DNA of 64,000 nucleotides from Octopus bimaculoides (taxonomy: Eukaryota), in the NCBI RefSeq assembly GCF_001194135.2, contig NC_068984.1:107893729-107957728 (forward strand), in the 5' to 3' direction. Positions 29,958 to 44,200 of the stretch are shown here, in pieces (position 1 is the stretch's first letter; every line of letters starts with the position of its first letter). The translations under genes and the position numbers were made by a program. The notes beneath the pieces were generated by a model. That model saw only the letters and a list, made by a program, of their open reading frames with translations. It was not told the DNA's origin and did no database searches.

Positions 29958-30261
29958 GTAGGTAGTTAGGTAGGTAACTTTCTTTATTGGCCACACAGGG
30001 CTGAACACAGAGGGGACAAATACAAATGTAGAGCTTTTCTTTTCGAAAATGAAAAAGAAAAAGGGGGAAAAAAAGAAAAAAAAAAGTAAAATTCCAATCA
30101 AAAGGGTCGAGAAAAAAAAGCGATCAAAAGTGGTCGTATATCACAGAAGAAATTTTTAAAATGTAAGAAGCAAGATTAGGTTTATCCGTGGAAAGAAAAA
30201 ACTACAGAAAAGACCACGATAACCTCAAGCAGGGAGGGAATAAACACATGAGAGCAAAGTG

Positions 30262-30315
<54 letters not shown>

Positions 30316-33068
30316 NNNNNNNNNNNNNNNNNNNNNNNNNNNNNNNNNNNNNNNNNNNNNNNNNNNNNNNNNNNNNNNNNNNNNNNNNNNNNNNNNNNNN
30401 NNNNNNNNNNNNNNNNNNNNNNNNNNNNNNNNNNNNNNNNNNNNNNNNNNNNNNNNNNNNNNNNNNNNNNNNNNNNNNNNNNNNNNNNNNNNNNNNNNNN
30501 NNNNNNNNNNNNNNNNNNNNNNNNNNNNNNNNNNNNNNNNNNNNNNNNNNNNNNNNNNNNNNNNNNNTTTTGAAACTTTCACGAGACAAAAACTGCCTCT
30601 CCATTCTCACCTTCCTTTTCAAGTGATACTTGAAAAGGTTGATGAGCGATTGGCCACCACACACATTCTTTCACCATGGCCACCAGTACGATGAAAACTG
30701 CCTTGCTTTCCCAGTTGAGGGAAGGTGGCGGAGCAATCGACAGGACAGAGTCGGCCGACAGGCGGACTCGTCCCACACGTGACAGCAGACGTTCGGCATA
30801 AGCCCACAGGTCCGAAATGGTTGGACACTGCACGAGTGTGTGCAGAACGGGTTCGTCGCTCTGACTGCATCTCGGGCAAGTCGGTCCGATGTGTCTTGAG
30901 CCGTGCCTGTAGAGCTTATCCCGAACAGGTAATGCTTTTCGATAGCACTGCCAGGCCAGGGATCTTTGGTGATTNNNNNNNNNNNNNNNNNNNNNNNNNN
31001 NNNNNNNNNNNNNNNNNNNNNNNNNNNNNNNNNNNNNNNNNNNNNNNNNNNNNNNNNNNNNNNNNNNNNNNNNNNNNNNNNNNNNNNNNNNNNNNNNNNN
31101 NNNNNNNNNNNNNNNNNNNNNNNNNNNNNNNNNNNNNNNNNNNNNNNNNNNNNNNNNNNNNNNNNNNNNNNNNNNNNNNNNNNNNNNNNNNNNNNNNNNN
31201 NNNNNNNNNNNNNNNNNNNNNNNNNNNNNNNNNNNNNNNNNNNNNNNNNNNNNNNNNNNNNNNNNNNNNNNNNNNNNNNNNNNNNNNNNNNNNNNNNNNN
31301 NNNNNNNNNNNNNNNNNNNNNNNTGTTTGATCCACAACCGCAGTTCGGCCAAGGAGACGAGCTACGGGAAAGCGTGCTGCACAAACGGCGACCACACCTG
31401 TTCACAATCGTCTATGAAGCACCGGAGATGTCGCAGTCTCAGCACATGTCTGCGCATCATCAACCACGGCATGCCTACCCCTCCATTTAGCGGGTGTTGA
31501 CAGCAAATCGATCGCCTAACCATCGGAACGCTTCCCTTTCACAAGATAGATAGGTATGGCCGGTTCATAGGGTAGTCCAAGGTTTCACGTCTATAAAGCG
31601 CTTGGTTTTAAATACGTCTCATTGGACCTTAATGACCTGGTTGGCAAGATTCTTGAAGTGAATTCGTATGTTGAAACAAATTTTGCATCCAAATCCATTT
31701 GGAACATCCGAAGCAGCGGTTTTTTAAAATTCTTACGTACGTAAGAAGAAATTATATAAACATGTGTTTAATATAATTTCTTCTACATTTGCTCTGCATA
31801 GCGTAACCAGTAACACTACAAAGTATAGTAGTAACTAAACTACTATACTGGAACCAAACTGGATGATGATAATCTACAGGCGCAGAGCTCTAAACTCACT
31901 AGTAGTAGTCATACAACTCATTTACGCACAAAGTATATTAGTTTACATGCATATAAGTTGCGCTCAGCCGATATATATATATATATATGCAAATGAATGA
32001 ATACGGAATATATACGTGAGCTCCTTCAAGTTTCATGTTCAGATTGTGTCATAAATTGGATGGGCCTGTATAACGTACCCGCGACGATCCAACAACTGTT
32101 CAGGCTCAAATAATAGATTAGACTATCCGAGCATAAAACTTGAAGTAGCTCATCATTAAATGCTATTTGTCTCTCGCTGAATTGAGGGCATTTTTGTCTA
32201 TCTATCTATCAATGTATATTTCAGGTGTCCCGGTTATTCAAGTATCCCTACAACTTGCAAACTAAAACCTGATCCGAAAGATCCAAAATGCTGCAAAATG
32301 CCTGATTGTCAATCTTCGAATAAACTTGTTCCATTACGAAGTCTCAGAAACGGGTTCGGCAGATCTCCTCGTCCAATAAATTCTCAACAAAGTAAGTATT
32401 TATTTTCATCTAGCATAGTATTATATTACAATCCCATACATAAAATCTCTATTAATTTTTCCAAATTGTTCTGTTCCTTCTGATTGAGCTGAATTCTGGT
32501 ACCTTATTTTGATGAACCCGCAAGACTGAAAGTCAAACATCATTCATAAAAATACACCATTGAACTCTGAATAATGCCATCAGACCGTTGACCGCATGCA
32601 TTTCTTCGTTGTTATGCATCTTCAGCTACGGCTACTTTTTGTCGCACTCATTGTTTTCAATCTAACATAATGATACTGAAAGTTAGCACTTTGGCTTCAT
32701 TATTCTAATTCACCTAATCATGTTCTTTTGAAGCGGTCACTCCAGAACTGTATAAATATATATTCGTTTATTCTTTCAGCTAGTTTCAGGCATTCGATTG
32801 CAGCAAAGTCAGGACATTTCGCACAATACATTTTAATCCATTTTAGTAACTTAATGGAGTGAATAAGCTAACGTGCGGCACGAACATTTGTTCACTATAA
32901 ACAAAACATTTGTGTAGGTTGCTCGGCAAAAGCTGGCTGCTCATGAGCCGTCTTCGACAGGAGAATCCATCGGGTGTGTGTGTGTGTGTGTACAGTATAT
33001 CCTTTGTCCTTTACCTGTTTCAGTAACCAAACTATGGCCATACTGGGACACCGCCCCGAATACATTTA

Positions 33069-33143
<75 letters not shown>

Positions 33144-35092
33144 ATGTATGTATGTATATGTATGTATGTATATGTATGTATATGTATGTATGTATATACA
33201 TGTATATGTATGTATGTATATACATGTATATGTATGTATGTATGTATATATATATGTATATATATATATATATGTATACACATATATATAGATATGCATA
33301 TATCTATATGTATGTGTGTAGTCTCACGAGATAACTTCTGCAGTGAAGCTATTTTGTGCCTTAGTGTACACGAACATGTTAAATACGATTTTAAAAGCCT
33401 GTTTCCTTCAACGCCACTTAGTGCACCTCTAATTAATTCCAGCTTGACAAAGCTTTGTGTACATCACTAAAGAACTATTTGCTGCCTGATATAAGAACAA
33501 TCTCTTCTTAGTTGCTATGAAAGGCTAGCTACTCGGTAACCGTAGCTGAAGTCCCAGTTAAATATTGGGTCGATGTAATTAGCTGTGCTCTTCTTCACAA
33601 ACAGTTGTTGCCTTCACTTTACTCATAAATCATTATTTCATTTGTTATATTTCAGGGTGGTCATTTTTTGCCAAATAAACACATACTATATACTCGTTCT
33701 TCACTTCAGCTTTATTATTATCCTTATTTTAGTATCCTATGTCAAAAATCTTTCGTCACAAATTCTGTGACCTCTTCAGCGACTCTCCATCCCGCATGTC
33801 TCCTCCTCTCCTGAAGCTGAAGTGAAAAATGTCTATATAGTGCGTGTGTTTATTTGGGAAAAAAAAATGACCATCTCGAAATATAACGATATTTGTTTCG
33901 ACGCATGATTGAACATCAGAACTCTTACAAAACAAATACAGAAACGTAATTATTTCATTTGATTTTCTTTTCTTTTCCTTTCAGATGTTTGTTTGTTCAA
34001 TCACACAACCTACCATCAAGGTGACAGTTGGAACGTTGGTTGTGAAATGGAATGCGACTGTACAAATGCTAAAAAGCAACAATTCAAATGTCAATCGAGG
34101 TGAGTAAATTTAGTTAAAATGAGAGCGGATAATGAAAAAACGAGATGGGATTTTGCTGCCTGATATATAAAACTGTCAATTTTTCTTTCAGATGTAACCA
34201 ATATTTCTCCATTCCTTCCAACTGTCAAAAGGTATATGTCAACAACAGCTGTTGTCCACAAGTGCAGTGTACATCGAATCCAGTTTGCAAGGATCTTGGA
34301 AGTGTATGCCAAAGTGCAGGAACCCAGATATGTCAAGGAAAATTCAAAGACTTTGCACTGATCAATTGCCGGAAGACTTGTGGATACTGTAAGTATTTTT
34401 ATTAGCCCGCCGGACAAAATGCTGAGCGGCATTTCTTCTGTCTTTACGTTCTAAGTTCAGTTTCCACCGAAGTCGACTTCGCCTTTTATCCATTTGGATC
34501 GATAAAACAAGTATCAGCTGAGCCCTTAGATCGATGTAATTGACTAGACCCCTCCCTAAAAATTTCAGGCCATGTGCCTATAGTAGAAATGATGTCTTTA
34601 TGAAAACTCTTAGTTTATTTTTTGGGGTATGATGGGAATTGTCAGGTGCCCACAGCCAGCAGACTAGGGTGACTCTTGTTTGCTGATCATGCCTCAAGAA
34701 TCCTGCAGAGAACTCTTGTAAGTGTTTTGTCTTCACATTCGTACCAATTTCTTTGAGCCACGTTGGTAGTAGAATGCTGATGCTTCCAAGCGCACCAATC
34801 ACTATTGGTATCACGTCGACTTTCTTCATTGTTCACAACCTGCATATTTCCCACATCAATTCATCATAGTTGTTCACTTTTTTCTTCTTTCTCTTCGATC
34901 TTGTTGTCACCAGGACATGTTATGTCGATTATCGGGCATGTTATTTTCTTCTTTTCTGCTCACTTCAACAACGTCAGGTTTCCAATGTCTAATCTGATGG
35001 CCACACTGAATCATTACATCCCACAAGATTTTGCAATCTTCATTCTCAGTAACTCCCCCTGAGATTTTACCATACCACATCTTTGATCTTCC

Positions 35093-35158
<66 letters not shown>

Positions 35159-35202
35159 CATTATTATTATTATCATTATTGTTGTTATTATTATTATTAT
35201 TA

Positions 35203-35259
<57 letters not shown>

Positions 35260-37581
35260 CATCATTATCAAATTTCAATCCATCTTTGATCTGGCTTCAT
35301 GGATAGAGTATAACGTATCAAACATCTTGAAAGATTCAAAATCAATAAACGATACTTTGTGTTTGAATAAACTGTCAATCTCTATTTCCTATAAAGTATA
35401 ATTTCAAGATAATCTTAAATTTGTACATATTTTATCAATTAAAAACAAATTTTAAAAGTTCCGTGGCAAATATCCGTTTTTGATTATTAGCTTCTCCAAA
35501 ACAAAACATTTTTAATGGCTTAAAGGAGGGCGGAAAGGCAGTAATCATGTTCTCCGATTACCAGTAATGACATCTTGATTGCTTTTAACCCCTACTTAGA
35601 TCCCTGTAAATAGCCCATTGAGCTTGTAGGAGGGAGACTAAAAAGAGAGACCAAAATGAGAAGCCAGAAAAGAAGACTAAAAGGGGAGGTTAAAGAAGGA
35701 GGAACGAAGAGGAAGTTTAAAAAACGGTACTATAGAGGGTGGCCAAAAATGGTGACCAAAGAAGGGGGCCAGACAAAGAGACCATAAATAGAAGTCGAAA
35801 AGAGTGACCAAAGAGGGATACCAAAAGAAGGAAACCAAAGAGGTCTGAAAGAAAGGCATCTAAGAAGTCAGTTGACCTCCTAGAAATATCCTCCAAGTCT
35901 TCCTGAAAGCGCATCCTACAGTCTTATATAAGGAAAGGACTCATTTGATATCAAAGGTGGAATAACCCTAAACCAACCAGTAAATCTTTGATTGACAATC
36001 TCTTTGAACAGTGTTATTCAGCAACTGCAATTATTTCTGCCACCCTTCATCTAATATATGGTTTGTTCAGAAAGTGCATTCATTTTGCCCCTAATTACTT
36101 TCATTTCGCTCTTTGATATGTTTTATCGGACAACTAAATATTCAGTAGATGACGGTGGTTTGAATAAAGTAAAACCTTAGCCTTAGCTCCCATATCAATT
36201 TGGTCACTAAATATATTATGTTTATATCATACCTCATTTGTGTATTGATCATTATTTCTACCATATAGTGGAGGCGCAATGACCCAGTAGTTAGGGTAGC
36301 GGACTCGCGGTCATAGGATCGCGGTTTCGATTCCCAGATCGGGCGTTGTGAGTGTTTATTGAGCGAAAACACCTACAGCTCCACGAGGCTCCGGCAGGGG
36401 TTGGTGGTGAACCCTGCAGTACTCTTCCACCACAACTTTCTCTCACTTTTACTTCCTGTTTCTGTTGTACTTGTAATTCAAAGGGTCAGCCTTGTCACAC
36501 TGTGTCACGCTGAATTTCCCCGAGAACTACGTTAAGGGTACACGTGTCTGTGGAGTGCTCAGCCACTTGCACGTTAATTTCACGAGCAGGCTGTTCCGTT
36601 GATCGGATCAACAGGAACCCTCGACGTCGTAAGCGACGGAGTGCCAACAACAATCTATCATATAAGGTGACGAGCTAGCAGAATCGTTACCACACTGAGC
36701 AAAATGCTTAGCGACATTTCATTCGTCTTAACAATCTGAGTTCAAATTCTGCCGCGGCTGACTTCGCCTTTCATCCTTTCAGGATCCATAAAATAAGTAC
36801 CTATTGAGCACTGGGGTCGATGTAATCGATTTACTCACTCCTCCTAAGTTGCAGGCATTGTGCCAAAATTTGAATCTAATAATTACTTTCGTCCTACATC
36901 TAAACATCGATAAAATTGTCTAAGTGAAGCAGCTTTGGCCCTTAAATATATTTGTCTTCATAGTACCTCCCATTTCTCTAATTATAACAAATATGTTCAC
37001 ATAAAAGGTTATGTTGTGTACAGTTAAGAAGTTTACTTCACACTCTCTGCGTAGATTTGAAATCCATCTGACAGTCCGTTTAAAGAAGGGTTTTCTGACA
37101 GCTTTCTTTCGACGCAATACTTGTCCTTGTGTGTCGAAGAAAACTGTAAGAAAGCACGTCGAAATTACAGTATCTTTTGTTTGGTGATATAATTAATGCA
37201 TCGCCTAGATTGACGCCACTACATGTCCCTTGGCTGTCCTTGATGGAGTCCAATTTTTTGTTAGCTTAGTATTTAGTTCGGGTTGGAGAATAAGCTTTTC
37301 TGTCTATCACTGAGAAACTGACAATGGTTTCTCATCGTTTCTGACAATGGCTGCTCATCCTCCTAAATGTTAAAGATAATTTTTTTTATATAATTTTGTC
37401 TAAGATATATGTTTTGCTTTGAACCCAAAACACAAACAACTAATATTTCGTTCTATTTTTGTCTTTCCCTTTAGGTGGTGGTGGTGGACCAGTGTCAACA
37501 ACACGTGAGTAGTTTTTCTTTTCCTTCAGCTATATCATATATGTATCTGTGTATTCATATGTGTACGTTTACATATCTATG

Positions 37582-37624
<43 letters not shown>

Positions 37625-38480
37625 NNNNNNNNNNNNNNNNNNNNNNNNNNNNNNNNNNNNNNNNNNNNNNNNNNNNNNNNNNNNNNNNNNNNNNNNNNNN
37701 NNNNNNNNNNNNNNNNNNNNNNNNNNNNNNNNNNNNNNNNNNNNNNNNNNNNNNNNNNNNNNNNNNNNNNNNNNNNNNNNNNNNNNNNNNNNNNNNNNNN
37801 NNNNNNNNNNNNNNNNNNNNNNNNNNNNNNNNNNNNNNNNNNNNNNNNNNNNNNNNNNNNNNNNNNNNNNNNNNNNNNNNNNNNNNNNNNNNNNNNNNNN
37901 NNNNNNNNNNNNNNNNNNNNNNNNNNNNNNNNNNNNNNNNNNNNNNNNNNNNNNNNNNNNNNNNNNNNNNNNNNNNNNNNNNNNNNNNNNNNNNNNNNNN
38001 NNNNNNNNNNNNNNNNNNNNNNNNNNNNNNNNNNNNNNNNNNNNNNNNNNNNNNNNNNNNNNNNNNNNNNNNNNNNNNNNNNNNNNNNNNNNNNNNNNNN
38101 NNNNNNNNNNNNNNNNNNNNNNNNNNNNNNNNNNNNNNNNNNNNNNNNNNNNNNNNNNNNNNNNNNNNNNNNNNNNNNNNNNNNNNNNNNNNNNNNNNNN
38201 NNNNNNNNNNNNNNNNNNNNNNNNNNNNNNNNNNNNNNNNNNNNNNNNNNNNNNNNNNNNNNNNNNNNNNNNNNNNNNNNNNNNNNNNNNNNNNNNNNNN
38301 NNNNNNNNNNNNNNNNNNNNNNNNNNNNNNNNNNNNNNNNNNNNNNNNNNNNNNNNNNNNNNNNNNNNNNNNNNNNNNNNNNNNNNNNNNNNNNNNNNNN
38401 NNNNNNNNNNNNNNNNNNNNNNNNNNNNNNNNNNNNNNNNNNNNNNNNNNNNNNNNNNNNNNNNNNNNNNNNNNNNNNNN

Positions 38481-38556
<76 letters not shown>

Positions 38557-39365
38557 ATAAAGATATTCCTTTTTTATATCAGAAATGCTAAACCTTGTAA
38601 ACGTGCTTACAAAATGTAACATTGTATTCCACGATATGCAATATAACTAAAAGTGTCTGTGCAACAAAATAATGCAATATATAAAGCTGAAGAAAATATT
38701 TAGGAAAGAACTATGTCATATTACTTTACAGATTCTCGTGCTATTCTACAACTTACCAAAGTTTATACTTATTTGTAATTTATTAATGTCTATAAAGATC
38801 CGTCTATCTATCAGTCTGTTCCTACCAATTATCAATGGGATGGTGAATATTCTTATTACATGCTTTACTGATTCGAAATAATAAGCTAAATCAATACAAG
38901 TTACGTGTGATTCAATAGCCACATGGTAATACTACATGAATTATTAAGTTACTTTGCTTGTATTTTTTAAAGTCACAATTGCGTCAGGTATGTTGTGTAT
39001 AAATTGCTTATCATTTTCTCTATTTAAACTTTCGCAGAGTCTATACATCACTATTTTCCTCATTCCATTGTTGACTAACCTATGTAACACAATAATTATA
39101 TCGCCTTGGACAATTTGAACTAGGCTGTTGTATGCGTATATTCTTGAGTGTATGTATGTATTTATGTATGTATGTGTGTATGTATGTAGTTATGTATGTA
39201 TTTATATATGTATGTATCTATATATGTATGTATTTATAAATGTATGTGTGTATGTATGTGAAGATAGATAGATACATACATACATACAAAGATGCAAACA
39301 TACAAACATACATACGTAGTACGTGCATGTTTACATATATACATATAAACATTCATATGTACATT

Positions 39366-39406
<41 letters not shown>

Positions 39407-41171
39407 GTTGTTGTTTTGTTATTATTATTTAAAAAGGTGATGAGCTGGAAGAGAGTATACGGTAGAGTATACGTGTATCTGTATTGTTGTAGTGCATGTA
39501 TATGTATAGATATACGCAAGTGTGAAAAAATTTTCCTGACGAACACAGAAAGTAAACAGAACCTAACAGGCAGTAATTTTTAGCAATTCTGAGTGAGAAG
39601 GAGAGATAATTTCAAGAAATTAAAATAAATTCACGGTTGAATAAACAAACTCAGTAATAAGGGACAAACTGATCTTCGTCCAAACCTGTCACCCGCCACC
39701 AAAACAAAGACTAGATTATCATTTCTGCTTCAGCATGTTCGTTCGACCATGAAGTTATTCTTAAATTCTAGAAGTTATCTTCTCTTCAAATGCACAGATG
39801 CTAATAGCTACAACAAAGTTGCGATTAGCTCATCTAACTGCCAAGGAAATTTTCTTAAATTAAAAGTTATGTAGCACTCTCACTAGGAACCTGTTTGTTC
39901 CCCTCTTAGCTGGTTTTTAGATTTAATTATGCTTAGATCAATAAGTATCGGAGTGTTGCCATAGTGACGAAGCTAAAGCATGCAGAGTAAAGCTGCTTGG
40001 CACAGATTGATCTTGAAATTTATTGGGCATGCGCGTTAAGTTTTAACGTTCTAGCTCACTTCTACTTACAGCAGTGCTTGGAAGGAATGTGTGTAGCGTG
40101 TGATCGTCTCATTGACCATGACAGAGAACGTTGAGCAGAGAGTCTGCATCAAATTTTGCCAAAAAATTGGCGATACCTGCTCAGAGACCTGCTTAATATT
40201 TTTTTTTTTTAAGTTTTCATCGTACTCGACCACAGTGCAACTCAAAACCTAGTGTCTTTTTGGTCAGCTGAAAGCATTTTTGGCACAAACTTAGCAGACA
40301 CGCGTCTCATCCCAAATCTTCAGTGATAATGGATTGAACTGAACCGTAACTAATCTGCACATCCTCTGATAACTCACGGATGGTGATTCGACGATTTCCC
40401 CTCACAGCTGCATGCACATCTGCGATGTTCTTCTCAGTTCTGCCGGTTGTAGACCTCCTAGAACGTTCGTCACTATCGACATTTTTTCGGCCATCTTGGG
40501 AACGTCTGAACCACTCGTACACTTGTGTGTGACTCATACAATCCACTTCATACACTTTCTGCAACTTTGCGTTGGCCTCTGAACAACTATCGCCATGACA
40601 AGGTCAATGCGAATGTCAATGCCAAGGTCAGTGCGAAGATCACACGCTACATACCTTCCTTCCAAACACTGCTGTAAACAGCGGAAGTGAGATAAAACCA
40701 AGAGCGCATGCGCAGCAGACTTTGAGTGGCTTCACTCTGCATGCTTTAACTTCGTTACTATAGCAACAGTCCGGATACTTATTGACCAGACCTCGTAGAT
40801 AGATAGATAGATAGATAGACAGATAGGCAGGTAGGCAGACAGACAGACAAGCAGACAGACAGACAGATAGATAGATGCACACCTGTATATATGTATATAT
40901 TATGCATACACACACATACACACACATATATATGTGTGTATACTCACAAATACACACACGTGCGCACGCACTGGCACACAGACACACATGTGCTCATACA
41001 CTCACACACACACGCGCGCACAAACACACACACACACGCACACACACACACACACACANNNNNNNNNNNNNNNNNNNNNNNNNNNNNNNNNNNNNNNNNN
41101 NNNNNNNNNNNNNNNNNNNNNNNNNNNNNNNNNNNNNNNNNNNNNNNNNNNNNNNNNNNNNNNNNNNNNNN

Positions 41172-41214
<43 letters not shown>

Positions 41215-44200
41215 CGGTGGTTGTTGAGTTATTTATTGCTCGACTATTGATCAATTGTCTCTTTAAAATATAATAAAAATGGAAATCAGAAATCAATGTC
41301 TAGACAATTACGTATTTAACTAAACCATTATTCATAATATATGATCACAATTGCATAAGCAATTACATATATCTCTGTGTGTTCAATCAAATAAACATAT
41401 ATGCACCATTGCATTTATACACGCTTATGCACGCACATATACATACACACTTACACTCATCTTTTATCTTTTGCATGTTTCTGTCAATGGACTGCGACCA
41501 TACTGGGGCACCGCCTTGAAGGGTTTTAACTCTAATAAACTGATTCAAGTGCTTTCTTCTCAATCTGGTACTTATTCTATCGGTCTGTTTTTTGGCCGAA
41601 ACACTAAATAACAGAACTTAAACAAACCGACTTCGGTTCTGTAAAGTGGTAGTGGAGAAAAATATAATGTAAACACAAGGACACGTACACATAGATATAT
41701 GCATTGCATACATGCATACATACATACATACATACATACATACATACATACATACATACATACATACATACATACATACATACGTAGCCCTCTCAACATT
41801 ACTCAGTTGGGAAGACATGGTGAGGCTGGCACAAAACGATTTCAGCCTGTTCGCTTTCTAGCTAATTATCTCAATGGGTGTTTCACTGATTCTTACAAAA
41901 ACTGGCATTAGTCCGGCTAGACGTCTTTGCGAGAAAACATGGAAAATTTCAAATCAATTAGTTTATTGGTTCGATGAAATTTTAAGAATTTGTAAGCGTG
42001 ACGGTACAGTTTTGCTGGTACAGTTTTGCTGGTACACCTAGTACTCCCAGTTATATTAAAACATATATCAATAAAACTTGTTAATTAAACATTTCGAACT
42101 CATGAACCTTGCAGAAACTCCAAGACTGGTGAAGGTAAGATGCCGTTATTGCTTCCTTTCGACTGTTGCAAGTCAATAGTTGCAGGAAAGACGTGAACTG
42201 AGAGGAGATTCCAGAAAGACCTATATTCTGGGGATGAAGTTTGCGTGTTGTCATTAGTGCGAAGACAATATGGACGTACCATGGGGCACGGAGAAGGAGA
42301 AAGACTAGTAGGTTGGCGTGCTTGGGTAGTAGAAGTGTGAAGTATGAGACTAGCTTGCAGTGAGGAATAAAATGCATTATAGTAGTGATAGAAAAGACAG
42401 AGGAGAGACAGCACGCTTGAAGCCAAGAGGCTGATGTGAGTCCATTAGTGATTCAATGCGAATCAGCTGCGAGAATCTTCTCTGGGTGTGTAATAGCATC
42501 ATCGTTCCAGAAGTTGAAATAGTGCTCTACTGTGGTTCTTCCTCGGACCTCGTAGTACATCAACAAGTATTGCAGGCTGAAATATTTTCTGATTCTGAAG
42601 AGAAAGAGTGTTTGGGGAGATGAGTTTTAACTGAGTGTCGCTCATGTTTAGGAATGAGGGAGTGTTCTTATTACAAGTAGTAACTCAGTCTTTTGCTGTT
42701 AAAGAATAAGACGGGCATGACCTTATTAAAGGATACTCTTAAGTTCTCCGTTTGACGAATCACTGCATGTTACGTGTGTGGTGTGGAGCGTGTATATGGA
42801 AGATGCATGGTCGAGAAAAGTTAAGGAAAAATTAAAGGCCGTGTCATCTGCATAAAAGTGGTGGTAGTTGGAAGTAGAGGAAGTGGGGGAAAATATGATT
42901 GATGCATAGAAGGAAGAGAATAGGAAACAAAACTCAACCTTTTGGGGCTATTGGGGAAGAACGAGTAGGATATGGAAGGAAGTGATCGAGGATGTTTAAT
43001 GTGAAAGAGAGTACTCAGCACTAAACGTAGTGTATTATATTTTATAGGGGACTGAAATTTCACGAATCGTTACCCAGAATTTCTCTCTTCCGATTTTCGA
43101 AAGATTTTTTTTTTTTAATGAAACATAAGAGAGATATTTTTAAAAACTAAATGTAATAGTCTTAATAGACCGTATTTCTAGATTTAATAAAAATTTGTCT
43201 AGTTATACAGATATAATTATATTTGTCTACCTAGATAAGTTTTTAGTAAATATTGACCGAATAGGCGTAGATGTGGCTGTGTGATAAGAAGCTTGCTTCT
43301 CAACCACATTGTTCCGAGTCTATCCCCACTGCGTGACACCTTGAGCAAGTGTCTTCTACTATAGCTATGGCCCGACCAAAACTTTATGAGTAGATTTGGT
43401 AGACGGAAACTGAAGGAAGTCCGTCGTATATACATACGTGTGTGTGTGCGTATGTGTGTGTATGTGTATGTGTGTTCCCTCGCCTTGGCTTGACAACTGA
43501 TGTTGATGTGTTTACATCCCGTAACTTAGCGGTTCGGCAAAAATCCCGAAAGAATAAGTTCCAGGCTTACAATGAATGAGTCCTGAGGTCGATTTCTTCG
43601 ATTAAAGGCGGTGATCCAGCATGGCCGCAGTCAGATAGCTGAAACGAGTAAAAGAATAAAAGAAAAAAATAAAAGAATATAACATTGTAAGCAAAATAAA
43701 TATTCTGGTGTGTATGAATATTTGCTAACTTGAAAAAAGAAATAAAGAAAAGACGAAATATAAAAAGATGAACAAAACAGGCAAAATGAGCTGTAAATGT
43801 ATGTACAGACAGACGGACGGACGGACGGACAGACAGACGGACAGACAGGCGGACAGACAGACAGGTAGACAGATAGATAGATGACAAACTAGGTGTAACT
43901 TTTCTTGAGATTTTATCTTCCAATATGACTTGATATACGCATCTATTTTCATGATTGAATACATCTTCACACTTAAACGCTTGCATACGTCTATCACTAC
44001 TTTTTCCGATGAACACTGCATGCAGTAGTATAAATCTAAGCTGAATACAGGACACTGTCTATTATATTTTTCCGTCAAATAAATCTCCATGACATATCAA
44101 CTACATTACCTGGCTTTTATTCTCGACAGATTAGAAGACATCAGAAGAATGAAATGATGTTTTTGTATTTTTCGACAAAGGGACACTTGGGAATTGTACA

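Noticed and set aside
36268-36345. tRNA-Arg-like sequence (also 47992-48070)
   Set aside because: It is the head of a ~390-bp SINE with a tail and TSD; no proper acceptor stem
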